From a virus, in IMG/VR virus record IMGVR_UViG_3300013132_000033, positions 35,041 through 99,040 of that record: a stretch of DNA of 64,000 nucleotides, one strand, 5' to 3'. The notes under the pieces are model-generated. The model saw only the letters and a list, made by a program, of their open reading frames with translations. It was not told the DNA's origin and did not search any database. Shown piece after piece: positions 1-10,645 of the stretch. Made by a program: the position numbers and the translations under genes. Numbering within the stretch: position 1 is the first letter of the stretch; each line of letters begins with the position of its first letter.

Positions 1-1
1 T

Positions 2-3000
2 GGTACATTAGTACATAGTATTCAAGAAAAAATAACGTCTGTTATTTACAATGATATTAAAGATATGTCATTAGACGCTGCATTAAATTATTTAGCAAAT
101 GTTGAATATATAACTTATGAAAATACTGTAAAAAATCAAATTAAAACTATCAAAGCTAGTAATCCAGATTTAGCTGAAGTTACTATTATAGCTAATCAAT
201 TAGAAAATTTATTTGCAGGAGGTCGTGATATTTTATTACAAATATATAATCAACAAAAAGCTATTACTAAGCTTACAGGTATTGAAGGTACACCTCAGTT
301 ATTTTTTGAACAAATTATTATTGATCCTAAAAATGATATAGGTGGTACTGCAGATTTAATTGCTATTTATAGTGATAATACTGCTGCAGTATATGATTAT
401 AAAACTAAAATACCATATAAAAAATATGTTGATAATGATGGTAATCTTATTAGTTATGATTACATATCTTATAACGATAAAGAAAAATATAAAAAACAAT
501 TAGGTACTATTGCCAGAATACTTGAACGTAATTATGGTATATCTAAAGTAATTAAAAGTCGTATTGTACCAATTCAAATTACAGCAGCATTTGATCCTGA
601 TACTAGTCTTATTAGTAGTCATATATCACAAATTAAAATTGGTGTTAAACAAAGTGAATTTTTAAATCAATACGCACCTATTCCTGAATTAACCGGGTTT
701 AAAGGATTGGATGAGTTTTTAAAAGCTATTGATAAAAATATTAAAAACTTGGAAAATAAACTAAGATCTGATCCAACAAATAGAACATCTTTAAAAGAAC
801 AATTAATAACTTTAGAGCATGCTCGTCAAGCAGTATTAACTAAACATAGTTTTAATGAATTAATGGATTATGCTCAAACATTATTTAATAAAGCGTCTTC
901 AGATAATCTTAGTAAAATGACTATTGAAGAATTGAGGTTTTTAAAAGAACAACTTCATACTTTAATGTTGTTATCAAGATCTACTTATGAATATCGTAAT
1001 GCATTAGATCCTGTAGTGCATGCTGATATTATTAAACAACTTGAAGATACTATTAAAGAAATGACAGCTATTGTAAATGATAAATATCAAGATGTAGAAA
1101 ATGAATTATATTTTAATCGTGTAGCTAAATTAGTACAAGATCTTACAGGATATAGTATTGTAGATCAATCAGGACGATTGATACCATTTAACGAAGAAGG
1201 TTTTGCAGGTAAGAATTTTTATCAACTTAGTAACTTTGAAAATCCAATTTTTAAAACATATCGTAAACTTTTAGATGATGCTCAATATGAAACTAAACGT
1301 AATACATTAGATAGTATTGAAGAAATTACTAAAATAGATAATGATCTTAGAAATTGGATGAAAGCTAATGGTAAAGATGAAGCTTGGTTTGTAGCTACTT
1401 TCATTGATACTAATAAAGATTCTAGTAATGTAGATAATCTTCATAATAAATTATCTAAAGAGTTTAGAACTAAACTAAAAGAATTAAAATCATCTAAAAA
1501 TATTAATGAAATTATTAAAATGTACGAACCTGTTAGTGGTTATCAAAAATATTATGATAATGCTTTTCAAAATGAAAAAAATCGTCTTGAAGTAATTTAT
1601 AAAGGTGATCAAAACAAAATAAATAACTTTTTAAATAAATGGGTATCTGAGCATAGTCTTGAATTAAAAAATGGTACACCAGTATATCCTGACGCTTGGA
1701 TAAATTCATTTTTAAAAGATAAACTCAAACTTAAAGACAATGTAAAATCAGATAATTATTCTAAAGAATATCAATATATTTTAAGCATACCTCAAGCAAA
1801 AGCTTATTATGATATGTTTGAAAGATATAATGATAAATTTAGAGATATTCTTGGAGTAGAGTATTTTAAATTACCTAATAACTTTTTACCTAATGTTCGT
1901 AAAAGTAATATTGATAGACTAATGGATAATGGTATGATTGAAGGTACTAAAGATGTATTAAACAATTTCTTGGAAGAACTTAATGTTAGAGAAGATGATA
2001 TGATGTATGGGGAATTAGATGAGAACCTAGAAGGTCTAAAAAAAACCATCCCGCGTTTTTATTTGAATCCTTTCAAAGACGCTGATGGTAATGTTATAGT
2101 AGGTGAGAAAAGTTATGACTTAACTAAGTCATTAATTTTGTTTAGTAAAATGGCTTACAATTACGAACAAATGAATCGTATTGAAGGTGCTGTATTAGCT
2201 ATGCGAGATTTTATGTCTGATAAAGCAGAACAGTTTATTAAACGTGGTGGTAATGTACTTAGAGATGATTTAGTAGGTACAGAATTAGCAGCTAAAGTTA
2301 AAGGTAAAAGTATTGAAAAAATATTTGATACTTTTATTGATATGTATTTATATGGTGTAAGTATTCAACCTATCAGCGAAGATTCATCTGGTCAGTTGGA
2401 AAAGTTAATAATGGAAGCTAAGCAATATTATACTTTAAAAGCTTTAGGTTTAGGATTTATTCCTGCTGCTGGTTCGTTTATATCTGCTAAAATACAATCT
2501 GCTATTGAAGGATTTAAAGGTCAAATATATACTAAAGATCAGTATAAAAAAGCTATGACATATTCATATAAAGAACGTGAAAAGTTTTTAGCTTTAACTG
2601 CTTTCTTTGATCCAATGGATGTTAAATATGAATTTTTTAGTATTGGAGATAAACCTAAATTTGGTCTTGGTGATTCTAGAGAACGTAATCCTATTAAACG
2701 TTATGTAAGTAGTAGAATGTTAATGCGTGTATTTAGTGCTGGTGATGAATTTATTGATGAAGTAATTCTTGCATCTATGGCTCAGAATTATTATATTGAT
2801 AATGACGGTGCTGTACGACGTATGCGAAGTGAAGAAGATAGAGTTAAATATGCTGAAAGATCTGTATGGAATTTATTTAATTACAAAGATGGTGAAGCTA
2901 AATTAAACATTCCTGATGAACAAGTTAAAGAAGTTGTTAAAACCATTCGTAATGCAGCTCAAGCAGCTCAAAGTAAAATTAAAGGTGTAATTCCTGAAAC

Positions 3001-3796
3001 TGATAAAGCTTATTGGCAATCTCAAATTGTAGGTCAAGTAGTAATGCATTTTAAATCATGGATGCCTGGATTATTACGTGAGCGATTTGGTAAAGAAAAG
3101 TATAACGATGCTTTACAAATAATGGAAATGGGTAGGTTTATAGCTCTTAAACGTGAAATGTATACTGACGATAAACTTGGAGCAATGGAGTTTATGAAAA
3201 GTATTGCTATACCTAAACTATTAGATTTATCTAAACAGTTAGTTTGGTTTAGTGGTACTAAAGGTAATCCTCGAGTAAGACTTGCTTATGAAAATTGGCT
3301 AATGAATAATCCTCAATATAAAGATAAAGTAAGTTTTGAAGAATATCAAGAATCACAACAAGCTCAAATGAAAGCTTTAATTATAGAGCTTAGAATTATT
3401 CTTACATTTGCTCTTATGATAGCATTACTTGGATCTGATTTTGATGATGATGGTAAAAAAATGTATCAAGAAATGTGGGCAACTAGAAAACTTGCTGCAG
3501 TTATTGTTAAAGTAAATCAAGAATTAAGTTTTAGTTATAATCCTAAAGAGTTTGCTAAAATGATTGCTAACCCCATTCCTACTGCAAGTTTATTAGTTGA
3601 TGCAACTAAAGCTATTGGTAATACATATGATACTGCTATTGATATTACACTTGGTCAAAAGTTTCCATTACCATTTCATAAACCTGAAAAAAATGATAAA
3701 ACTCCATTTATGTATTATAGTTCAAGATTTATTCCTGGAGGTTATCATTTAACTAAATTGTTTGAAATATTTGATCAACCCGATCCATTAAAATAA
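2..3796 (+). CDS. C-terminal part of a giant crAss-like virion/cargo-type protein with a PD-(D/E)XK nuclease-like domain (5'-truncated by the window edge)
   Basis: The frame is open upstream of the ATG at 65 (GTLVHSIQEK... from nt 2). GTxxH...E...GTADLI...YDYKT fits PD-(D/E)XK motifs, followed by a long helical region. The virion role is inferred from size and position. Confidence 0.55.
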   Translation, partial: GTLVHSIQEKITSVIYNDIKDMSLDAALNYLANVEYITYENTVKNQIKTIKASNPDLAEVTIIANQLENLFAGGRDILLQIYNQQKAITKLTGIEGTPQLFFEQIIIDPKNDIGGTADLIAIYSDNTAAVYDYKTKIPYKKYVDNDGNLISYDYISYNDKEKYKKQLGTIARILERNYGISKVIKSRIVPIQITAAFDPDTSLISSHISQIKIGVKQSEFLNQYAPIPELTGFKGLDEFLKAIDKNIKNLENKLRSDPTNRTSLKEQLITLEHARQAVLTKHSFNELMDYAQTLFNKASSDNLSKMTIEELRFLKEQLHTLMLLSRSTYEYRNALDPVVHADIIKQLEDTIKEMTAIVNDKYQDVENELYFNRVAKLVQDLTGYSIVDQSGRLIPFNEEGFAGKNFYQLSNFENPIFKTYRKLLDDAQYETKRNTLDSIEEITKIDNDLRNWMKANGKDEAWFVATFIDTNKDSSNVDNLHNKLSKEFRTKLKELKSSKNINEIIKMYEPVSGYQKYYDNAFQNEKNRLEVIYKGDQNKINNFLNKWVSEHSLELKNGTPVYPDAWINSFLKDKLKLKDNVKSDNYSKEYQYILSIPQAKAYYDMFERYNDKFRDILGVEYFKLPNNFLPNVRKSNIDRLMDNGMIEGTKDVLNNFLEELNVREDDMMYGELDENLEGLKKTIPRFYLNPFKDADGNVIVGEKSYDLTKSLILFSKMAYNYEQMNRIEGAVLAMRDFMSDKAEQFIKRGGNVLRDDLVGTELAAKVKGKSIEKIFDTFIDMYLYGVSIQPISEDSSGQLEKLIMEAKQYYTLKALGLGFIPAAGSFISAKIQSAIEGFKGQIYTKDQYKKAMTYSYKEREKFLALTAFFDPMDVKYEFFSIGDKPKFGLGDSRERNPIKRYVSSRMLMRVFSAGDEFIDEVILASMAQNYYIDNDGAVRRMRSEEDRVKYAERSVWNLFNYKDGEAKLNIPDEQVKEVVKTIRNAAQAAQSKIKGVIPETDKAYWQSQIVGQVVMHFKSWMPGLLRERFGKEKYNDALQIMEMGRFIALKREMYTDDKLGAMEFMKSIAIPKLLDLSKQLVWFSGTKGNPRVRLAYENWLMNNPQYKDKVSFEEYQESQQAQMKALIIELRIILTFALMIALLGSDFDDDGKKMYQEMWATRKLAAVIVKVNQELSFSYNPKEFAKMIANPIPTASLLVDATKAIGNTYDTAIDITLGQKFPLPFHKPEKNDKTPFMYYSSRFIPGGYHLTKLFEIFDQPDPLK

Positions 3797-3811
3797 TACA
3801 AAAGGTAAAAT

Positions 3812-3848
3812 AAAAAGCCCGGCCACTATTACAGTGACTGGGCTTTTT
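3812..3848. terminator. Bidirectional intrinsic terminator between convergent modules
   Basis: AAAAAGCCCGGCCACT-ATTAC-AGTGACTGGGCTTTTT hairpin with A and T tails on both sides, at the +/- convergence point. Confidence 0.8.
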
Positions 3849-4026
3849 GTGTTTATAACCAAATTATAATAATAAGACCTCCTATTATTATTACAGCGAA
3901 CATTAGTTCAGCTAAAAAACTTTTATTTTTATACTCCATAATTAACAGTTTATGTAAATCATAGCTACAGCTAAAAATATTAGTATGATACCTGTACCAA
4001 TATCGTATTTATCAATATCTGAATAA

Positions 4027-4422
4027 TTATTTTCCATATTTTTTAATTTGATATGTGATCATCATTGCGTTTAAGGCAATTGAATATAAATGCCCTAGTT
4101 CTTCATCACCATCTTTGTAATTTCCTTTTAATACTTCCATTGTATGCCTTATCAATGATTGCTTTAAACGATCTACACCATCTGACATTGGTTTTTGCCA
4201 ATTCCATTTAGGGTAAATAGTTTTATTATTAGACATTGTTTTAGCCATACCTTCAACAAATTCCCAATCTACTTCATAATACAATTTAGCTTTATCATCT
4301 TTAACACCTTCGACAGTTTGAACAGTTTCATTTAGGGATTTCCCCGCCATCGGGCCTATCGGTTGGTTTGTAATCTGCAACGGTACCGGGGTGTTTGTTG
4401 TCATTACGTTTCCAGTTGTCAT
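4027..4422 (-). CDS. DUF5664-like (dATP/dGTP diphosphohydrolase-related) protein
   Basis: GVKDDKAK...YPKWNWQK...SLIRH...DEELGHL...NAMM matches the G.K.D..K...NW...RH...D.E..HL pattern. Confidence 0.6.
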   Translation of the reverse strand: MTTGNVMTTNTPVPLQITNQPIGPMAGKSLNETVQTVEGVKDDKAKLYYEVDWEFVEGMAKTMSNNKTIYPKWNWQKPMSDGVDRLKQSLIRHTMEVLKGNYKDGDEELGHLYSIALNAMMITYQIKKYGK

Positions 4423-4505
4423 TAAATTGTTTATTTAATTGAGTAATGGTTGCTCTAACATCTTCTTCTTTAAGATCTTCTAAATCGCGAATGTCTTTAT
4501 AGTCT

Positions 4506-5045
4506 TTACTCATAACGATTGTTTGCAAGATAATCAGTGTATTGATCAGGATAACGACCAGCAAGTTTTTCGATGTTTAGTCGCATAACGTTTTCAATTT
4601 TAAAAGGTTTAGCGGCAATCCAGTTAATAATTGTATATACTGCTTTTTGAATATGATCTAAAGGTACATAACCTTTATGATTTACAGTTTCTAAATCTCG
4701 ATTGTAAACCCAATGAGCTTTAAATTCTGATGTTAGTGTTTCAATTGCTTTTTCAATATTAGCATTACCGGGATCGTTATCAGATTCAAATCGCAAATTA
4801 GCAAAATGACAAAGTCCTGCAAGATACCATAAAATATCTCCAAGCTCTTTCTCAAATTCTGCAACTAAAGCAATTGATTCATCAATACTTACTGTAGATG
4901 CGTTTTTAAAAGATCGCAAATCTGCTTCTTTAGCTTCAAAATATTCTGAGACAATTCCCAGAAGCATGTGATTAACATTATCCATTAATGTTGGCATTTG
5001 TTTGCATGTCCGCAAAGCTGCCGACTGATAAAGTTGGAAATCCAT
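4506..5045 (-). CDS. MazG-like nucleotide pyrophosphohydrolase
   Basis: Start moved to MDFQLYQSAALRT (ATG at 5045). Motifs LGIVSEYFE, KELGDILWYLA and NIEKLAGRYP. Confidence 0.75.
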   Translation of the reverse strand: MDFQLYQSAALRTCKQMPTLMDNVNHMLLGIVSEYFEAKEADLRSFKNASTVSIDESIALVAEFEKELGDILWYLAGLCHFANLRFESDNDPGNANIEKAIETLTSEFKAHWVYNRDLETVNHKGYVPLDHIQKAVYTIINWIAAKPFKIENVMRLNIEKLAGRYPDQYTDYLANNRYE

Positions 5046-5766
5046 ATCGTAAGATTTCTTGATTGAGTGATGGTTTAAAATCGTATTCCATAGCAGTAAC
5101 ATCTGCATTTGTTAAAGTAGTATTAAATTCATCTTTGACTTGATCTATAAAAGTACTTATGTAAGATGGATCTTTAGTTAAAACTGACCATTGAACAGTT
5201 AATTTTTTACTTGTTTTAATAGATTCTCCATCTACAACTTTTACTTGTATTTCTTTTATAAACCAATCTTCAAGTTGTTTTTTAGTGTACATTTGAGAAT
5301 ATGTACCTTTAAGAAATAAATCTATTTTTTCAGGAAATGGTAATTTTAATACAACTACATGATAATGACCTGTACGATTACTATCATAACAATAATCTGT
5401 AACATAAGCAGAATGTGATTGAAAGTACATTAAAGATTGACTAAACACAATTCTGCTTGATGCTACATCTGTATAATTACCTGCTTTACGTCTACCATTT
5501 GTATCGAATAACATGTATACATTTGACTCTAGCTTTCTAGAATCTTCTGTAACATTAAATCCGAAATCTTGTAAAGCAAATGCTATAATAGAATTTTTCG
5601 ATAAGTGACTTATAAAATCTTCACCGTAATGTTGTAGTTGTTGAACAAGGTATAATCTACATTTATTCATTACAACTCCATTATCAGGATCAATTTGTTT
5701 ATTTGTATAATACATTAGGATTATATGATTAAGCAGTTTGATTTGCAGAATCTCAAAGAATGTCAA
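4978..5766 (-). CDS. Hypothetical protein
   Basis: Long ORF within a coupled operon; no motif recognised; true start probably downstream (MYY...). Confidence 0.6.
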   Translation of the reverse strand: MTFFEILQIKLLNHIILMYYTNKQIDPDNGVVMNKCRLYLVQQLQHYGEDFISHLSKNSIIAFALQDFGFNVTEDSRKLESNVYMLFDTNGRRKAGNYTDVASSRIVFSQSLMYFQSHSAYVTDYCYDSNRTGHYHVVVLKLPFPEKIDLFLKGTYSQMYTKKQLEDWFIKEIQVKVVDGESIKTSKKLTVQWSVLTKDPSYISTFIDQVKDEFNTTLTNADVTAMEYDFKPSLNQEILRYGFPTLSVGSFADMQTNANING

Positions 5767-6151
5767 GAATATCTTGCTGTTGATGTAACATTAATTTAAT
5801 AAAATCATCTAGCGTCATTGTTATTTGAGTATGTTGTGGACCTCTTTTATGTCCAGCACCTACGTTTAATTCATACGCTAAAACTACAGGGTAAGATTGA
5901 ATTATATGATCTTTTTTAAAGTTTTTTAATAAGTTATCTTTAATATATTCATACTCTTCTTCAAATCTAGGTCTACGAGTAGCATAACCTGATTTACATT
6001 GCCACAATACATTAGTACCAATCAAATCAATACCACAAGCGTCTAACATTCTGCTAGAAGATCTTGTAGTTCTACACTTCTCGTGACCTAGACTTTCTCG
6101 AACTATTTTAGCAATTTTTCTTTCAAAGTTATGACCTTTTTTTCGGCTCAT
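5753..6151 (-). CDS. Holliday junction resolvase-like PD-(D/E)XK nuclease
   Basis: SRKKGHNFERKIA...R...GIDL...WQCK is an Hjc-type pattern. Confidence 0.65.
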   Translation of the reverse strand: MSRKKGHNFERKIAKIVRESLGHEKCRTTRSSSRMLDACGIDLIGTNVLWQCKSGYATRRPRFEEEYEYIKDNLLKNFKKDHIIQSYPVVLAYELNVGAGHKRGPQHTQITMTLDDFIKLMLHQQQDILDIL

Positions 6152-7682
6152 TTAAAATTGCGTTAGGGATCGCAAAATTATTATCTGAGCGGAATTCATT
6201 GCCATAAACATTACCATCATGACGAATTACTTTTTGAACATTGTCATTTATACGTAATTGAATATAAGTTTTCAGAAAATCGTAAATTATTTTACCATCG
6301 TTATCATTAGCTGGATCATATACTACATTAAAGATTTCATCAAGATCGATTTTGTCTTTAGTGTATAAAATTCTATCTGCATGTAATTCTACAAATTTAG
6401 TAATAGCTGAAGTTATAAAAATCCAGGCTAATGCTTTATGTTTATTTACAGTGCCAGAATGTACACGATATTCTATGCGAGAAAACGATAGATTACCAAA
6501 ATACAAAGGTATCAAGTTAAGAGCGTAATAGCGACTATGCCATTCCCACTTAGGATGATTATGTTTTTGATGTCGACGAGTTTCTATGTTATAAGTATTA
6601 TTGTAAACACCTTCGTTTAACCATGTAAATATAAGTTTATCAGATTCATTAATATCTGAAGTATTGTCAAGATTATAACGTTTAACAATACCCAAACTTT
6701 CTAAAGGTTTACAATGATCTTTTGCACCACCAGTTTTAGACAAGAAGTAACTTAAATCACGTTTGTACAACGGTATAAATTGATTAATTTCTTGTTGTAA
6801 ACGATAGTACAATACATATAATGCAACTCTAAATTTAGGCGTATTTTCAAATCCACTCATATTTACATGAAGTGAATTATTCTGTTGAGCCATAGTATAG
6901 GTTGAAAGATCATTAAACAATTGTCGAATATAATCTACAGATAATTTTGATGGTAACGTAGTAATTTCTGTACCAAGTATAGAACCATCTTTTAATGGTA
7001 ATGCGCCATACTTATAATACAGTTTTTCTGGAAACCATCCGCCATCAGTTTCTATTTCTAATCCGAATGTATAATCAAATAAAAACTTATCAAAATTACT
7101 TTTAGCATATTTAACACTTTCAGATTGAGTTTTAATATTTCCAACAATTTCTGAAGGATATTCAGCCATACCATATATATTATTAGGTAATGTCCGATAT
7201 GTAGGTTTTTGTCTAAGTACTATTGGAGCATTAAATACAGGATTGAAACTATAAGCACCTCTTGAAAAATCATACTTCATATTAAGATATGATGCAGTTT
7301 CTTCATTCATAATAAGTTCATCATCTGCAGAAATAATACAATCATCTGTTTTTGTAAAATAACCTTTATTGTTGGATCTATCTGGTACTAAACCTTGTAC
7401 CATATTATCAATAAAATTATATTGCTTTAGGTTATAATCCCAAGCAATTTTTTTACTTACCAATCTGTAATATGTATCATTTATTTGATAACAATCCCCA
7501 GAGTCTTTTTGATTAATATTACCAATCTTGTAATATTTACCATTAATTAAACGGCATTCATTACGAGGATAAGTTTTACCATTATATGTAATAACTGTAT
7601 TTACAGTTGGTTCTACTTCTTTTGTTGCTTGTTGGATAATAGGTTCTTCAATAACTATTGGCTTTTTTCTTGATTTACTCAT
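6129..7682 (-). CDS. Putative amidoligase (COOH-NH2 ligase, Amidoligase_2-like)
   Basis: TFGLEIET, DGSI..EITT, SLHVN, RYYALN and IEYRVHSGT motifs. Confidence 0.75.
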   Translation of the reverse strand: MSKSRKKPIVIEEPIIQQATKEVEPTVNTVITYNGKTYPRNECRLINGKYYKIGNINQKDSGDCYQINDTYYRLVSKKIAWDYNLKQYNFIDNMVQGLVPDRSNNKGYFTKTDDCIISADDELIMNEETASYLNMKYDFSRGAYSFNPVFNAPIVLRQKPTYRTLPNNIYGMAEYPSEIVGNIKTQSESVKYAKSNFDKFLFDYTFGLEIETDGGWFPEKLYYKYGALPLKDGSILGTEITTLPSKLSVDYIRQLFNDLSTYTMAQQNNSLHVNMSGFENTPKFRVALYVLYYRLQQEINQFIPLYKRDLSYFLSKTGGAKDHCKPLESLGIVKRYNLDNTSDINESDKLIFTWLNEGVYNNTYNIETRRHQKHNHPKWEWHSRYYALNLIPLYFGNLSFSRIEYRVHSGTVNKHKALAWIFITSAITKFVELHADRILYTKDKIDLDEIFNVVYDPANDNDGKIIYDFLKTYIQLRINDNVQKVIRHDGNVYGNEFRSDNNFAIPNAILNEPKKRS

Positions 7683-9084
7683 TTGCTGGTTGTGTTTGGT
7701 AACTTAATGTTTTAGATACATATACAATACCATTTTTGCAATAATAATAAACATCGCAAAACATTGGTTTTATATAATAATTGTCATCTACGACTCCGCT
7801 ATGTTTTGTAATAACAGTTGACATTGATCCATACCAAGGAGAACCTACTATAATTGTAGATCTATGAATATACTGTTGTTTAGATTGTATACTCCAACTA
7901 TGAAAATTAACAGCAGCTTCTAGTTTTAAATAATGTTCTTTATCTTTAATCATATAACCCTCTTTAAAGAAATAAACATTATTAAAATCAAAATTAGTAG
8001 CATCCCAATCTTGACGAAATAATTGTGTAACTTTAGATAGTTCGTGACTATGCCGCCAAACACCATTAACAATATGACCATTGTGATAATATCTACCTTT
8101 CCAAAAGTAAATACCATTAGCTTGTTGTTGGGGCGAAAGTTGTTTAGTATATTCTAAATTTACATTTAGATCGTTTTTTGTCTTTTTTTCGCTTTCGACC
8201 CCATTTGACTTTTTTTCATCATCAACAGTAGGATCATATTTTGCAGAAGGGATAGTATGTTTTGGATTGTTAGTATTTTTATACAAAGGATACCCCCAGT
8301 CATCTCCCCAAGCACCACTTCCAAAGATACTTTTTGGCTTTGGTTTATATTCAATAGCACTTCTATCATAGAATGTTTTTGAAACTATTTTACCTTCTTT
8401 AATTTTATAAAGATAATTAGGTTCAAATTCTTGAATATCTTCAACAGGTACATTTAAAGCAGTAGCCAATGTCATAGCTTCTGATGAATAATATAATTGT
8501 GTTTTGGTTTTGTTTTGCCAAAATGACAATGGTCTTTCAACAGTTGGTGTAACAGAATCACATTGTGATAAGCCCTTCCATATATAAAGAGCATCTTCTT
8601 CGTAATCTAAATACGAGAATGCTGCATAACCAACATATTCTTTTAATACATCAAAACCATGTTCATATATAATATTACCCAATATTTTACTATCTACTTC
8701 TCCAGTATAAGTTTTAATATTGTATATTTTAGCAAGATCTTCAATATTCTGTATTGTGCCATTATGCGCAAAAAATACTGTATTACCCTTGCTATTATAT
8801 TCAAATGGATGTGTATTATTTATATTTACATTACCTACACTTCTAGCACGATTATGTGCTATAATTGTATGACGATATTTAGTAGTATTAAATAGTTTAC
8901 CATATACTACATTTTCTGAATTAGAATTGTCAGTACCTTTTTCGTAACCGCAATATTTAAACGCTTGTTTACCAATAACTACTCCAAAACCATCTTTACC
9001 TCGGCGATTACCATAAATAAATAATAGTTTCATTTTATCAACGTTAACAGGAGTTTTTCCTGAGTAACCAGTAAGATTGCACAT
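7675..9084 (-). CDS. Class II (Ntn) glutamine amidotransferase
   Basis: Start at M-C (ATG 9084) leaves the N-terminal catalytic Cys. Motifs RGKDGFG, AHNRARS, NTHPF, HNGTI, VDS. Confidence 0.8.
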   Translation of the reverse strand: MCNLTGYSGKTPVNVDKMKLLFIYGNRRGKDGFGVVIGKQAFKYCGYEKGTDNSNSENVVYGKLFNTTKYRHTIIAHNRARSVGNVNINNTHPFEYNSKGNTVFFAHNGTIQNIEDLAKIYNIKTYTGEVDSKILGNIIYEHGFDVLKEYVGYAAFSYLDYEEDALYIWKGLSQCDSVTPTVERPLSFWQNKTKTQLYYSSEAMTLATALNVPVEDIQEFEPNYLYKIKEGKIVSKTFYDRSAIEYKPKPKSIFGSGAWGDDWGYPLYKNTNNPKHTIPSAKYDPTVDDEKKSNGVESEKKTKNDLNVNLEYTKQLSPQQQANGIYFWKGRYYHNGHIVNGVWRHSHELSKVTQLFRQDWDATNFDFNNVYFFKEGYMIKDKEHYLKLEAAVNFHSWSIQSKQQYIHRSTIIVGSPWYGSMSTVITKHSGVVDDNYYIKPMFCDVYYYCKNGIVYVSKTLSYQTQPANE

Positions 9085-9085
9085 A

Positions 9086-10645
9086 TTAATCAAGTTGTTG
9101 AATTAAACGATTTAACTCTGCTTCATAACGCTGAGCAGTAATTTCACCAAAAGATGGTGCTGAATTAATTTCACAAATAATAAAATCATTTGTACTGCTA
9201 GCAACTCGTACATCACACGCGCCAATATCCAATCCTACAGCTTTTAATGCTTTTACACATTCTTCTACAATAACATCCCAGTTTGTAGGTTTGTTAAATT
9301 TAGGATTTGTTTCAAGAATCCATGTGCAATTATTGTCATTTCTATACCAACGTTCTTGAGCATCTTCACGAAGCATTTTACGATTAGTATAAAAACAACC
9401 ATTTTTACTTATATGAAGTCTATACTCTCGATTGTAATTATAATATTTTTCAATAATATGATTGCCATATCCATGAGATCTAAACCATTCAAGTGCTTCA
9501 GTTCCATTCTGAACAAGATATAAACCACGACCACGAGAACCAGTAAGAGATTTAATAATAAGTTTTTTATCTCCAAAATTATTATTTGAAATCCATTCTG
9601 TTAATTGAGCTTCATTAGTAGCAAATATATATTTTGCAGTACGTACATTATGTTCAGTAAATTTAGCTTTCATTAAACCTTTATTAGCTGAATTTCGTAC
9701 TGCTTCTGGAGTATTAATTTCATGTGTAGCACCTTCAACAATAGATGTTGAACCTAAGCGAAGAACTATTCTTTTATCGCCAGTTCTAATTTTGCGACGT
9801 AAAACAGCATGAGATGGGTGGCGACTTCTAATTTTAAGTAGCATACCAGTTGTTATTTTAGTGAAAGGATTATTTTTAATGTATTTTAATAATGGTTTAG
9901 CAAATTCAGCAATGCCGTAAGTATGGCTATTTGTTGCATAAAGATTTTGAGATAGTTCTGATATATGTTTTAAATCAAACGTTTCAACATCAATTTCATT
10001 ATCTCTATCTATAGCAGCTACATCTTCAACATTATATAATGTCAAATGCGGTACATTGGGGATTTGTAATTTAGATAATTCATAAAGTTGCGGTATGTGT
10101 TTAAAACCATCACCTTCAAAATTTTGTCTAGTTATAGTACCGCAATAACCAGCCCTATACAAATGTAACAAAGCTTGAAGTTTCCATTTAGTATAAAACC
10201 ACTTAGTAGTTTTACCTGTAAATATAAATGTACTATCAACATGAAACATCTCTTCAATTTCAAAATCCCAATTACAAGCAGCTTCAATTAACATGTCAAC
10301 AGCTTTTTGATGATAAGCTATTGCAATTGATATATTGTAAGGAGTATTGAAACTATTATCTGTTACATCTAAACCGTTAATACCTGCATTAGGATAATAC
10401 GCTGTATTAAATTTTAACATTGAGGCTATATCTAATGGATAACCCATACAACTCAAATACCCTGAATATAATCTTAAATTATCACCATAAGATAGAGTTT
10501 TAGATGGAATTTCTGTAAAAATACCATATACAATAGTTATATTTTGAGTATTAGGTGCGTAAGTAAAATAACTAGAGTTTACTAATTTATTAAATTTACG
10601 AAGCCAGTGTTGTTCCGGTATACTGGTGGCTATTGGCATATTCAT
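9086..10645 (-). CDS. ATP-grasp (RimK-like) ligase domain protein
   Basis: C-terminal half has IIKSLTGSRGRGLYL, IEKY, EYRLH, GACDV and EINSAPS. Confidence 0.8.
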   Translation of the reverse strand: MNMPIATSIPEQHWLRKFNKLVNSSYFTYAPNTQNITIVYGIFTEIPSKTLSYGDNLRLYSGYLSCMGYPLDIASMLKFNTAYYPNAGINGLDVTDNSFNTPYNISIAIAYHQKAVDMLIEAACNWDFEIEEMFHVDSTFIFTGKTTKWFYTKWKLQALLHLYRAGYCGTITRQNFEGDGFKHIPQLYELSKLQIPNVPHLTLYNVEDVAAIDRDNEIDVETFDLKHISELSQNLYATNSHTYGIAEFAKPLLKYIKNNPFTKITTGMLLKIRSRHPSHAVLRRKIRTGDKRIVLRLGSTSIVEGATHEINTPEAVRNSANKGLMKAKFTEHNVRTAKYIFATNEAQLTEWISNNNFGDKKLIIKSLTGSRGRGLYLVQNGTEALEWFRSHGYGNHIIEKYYNYNREYRLHISKNGCFYTNRKMLREDAQERWYRNDNNCTWILETNPKFNKPTNWDVIVEECVKALKAVGLDIGACDVRVASSTNDFIICEINSAPSFGEITAQRYEAELNRLIQQLD

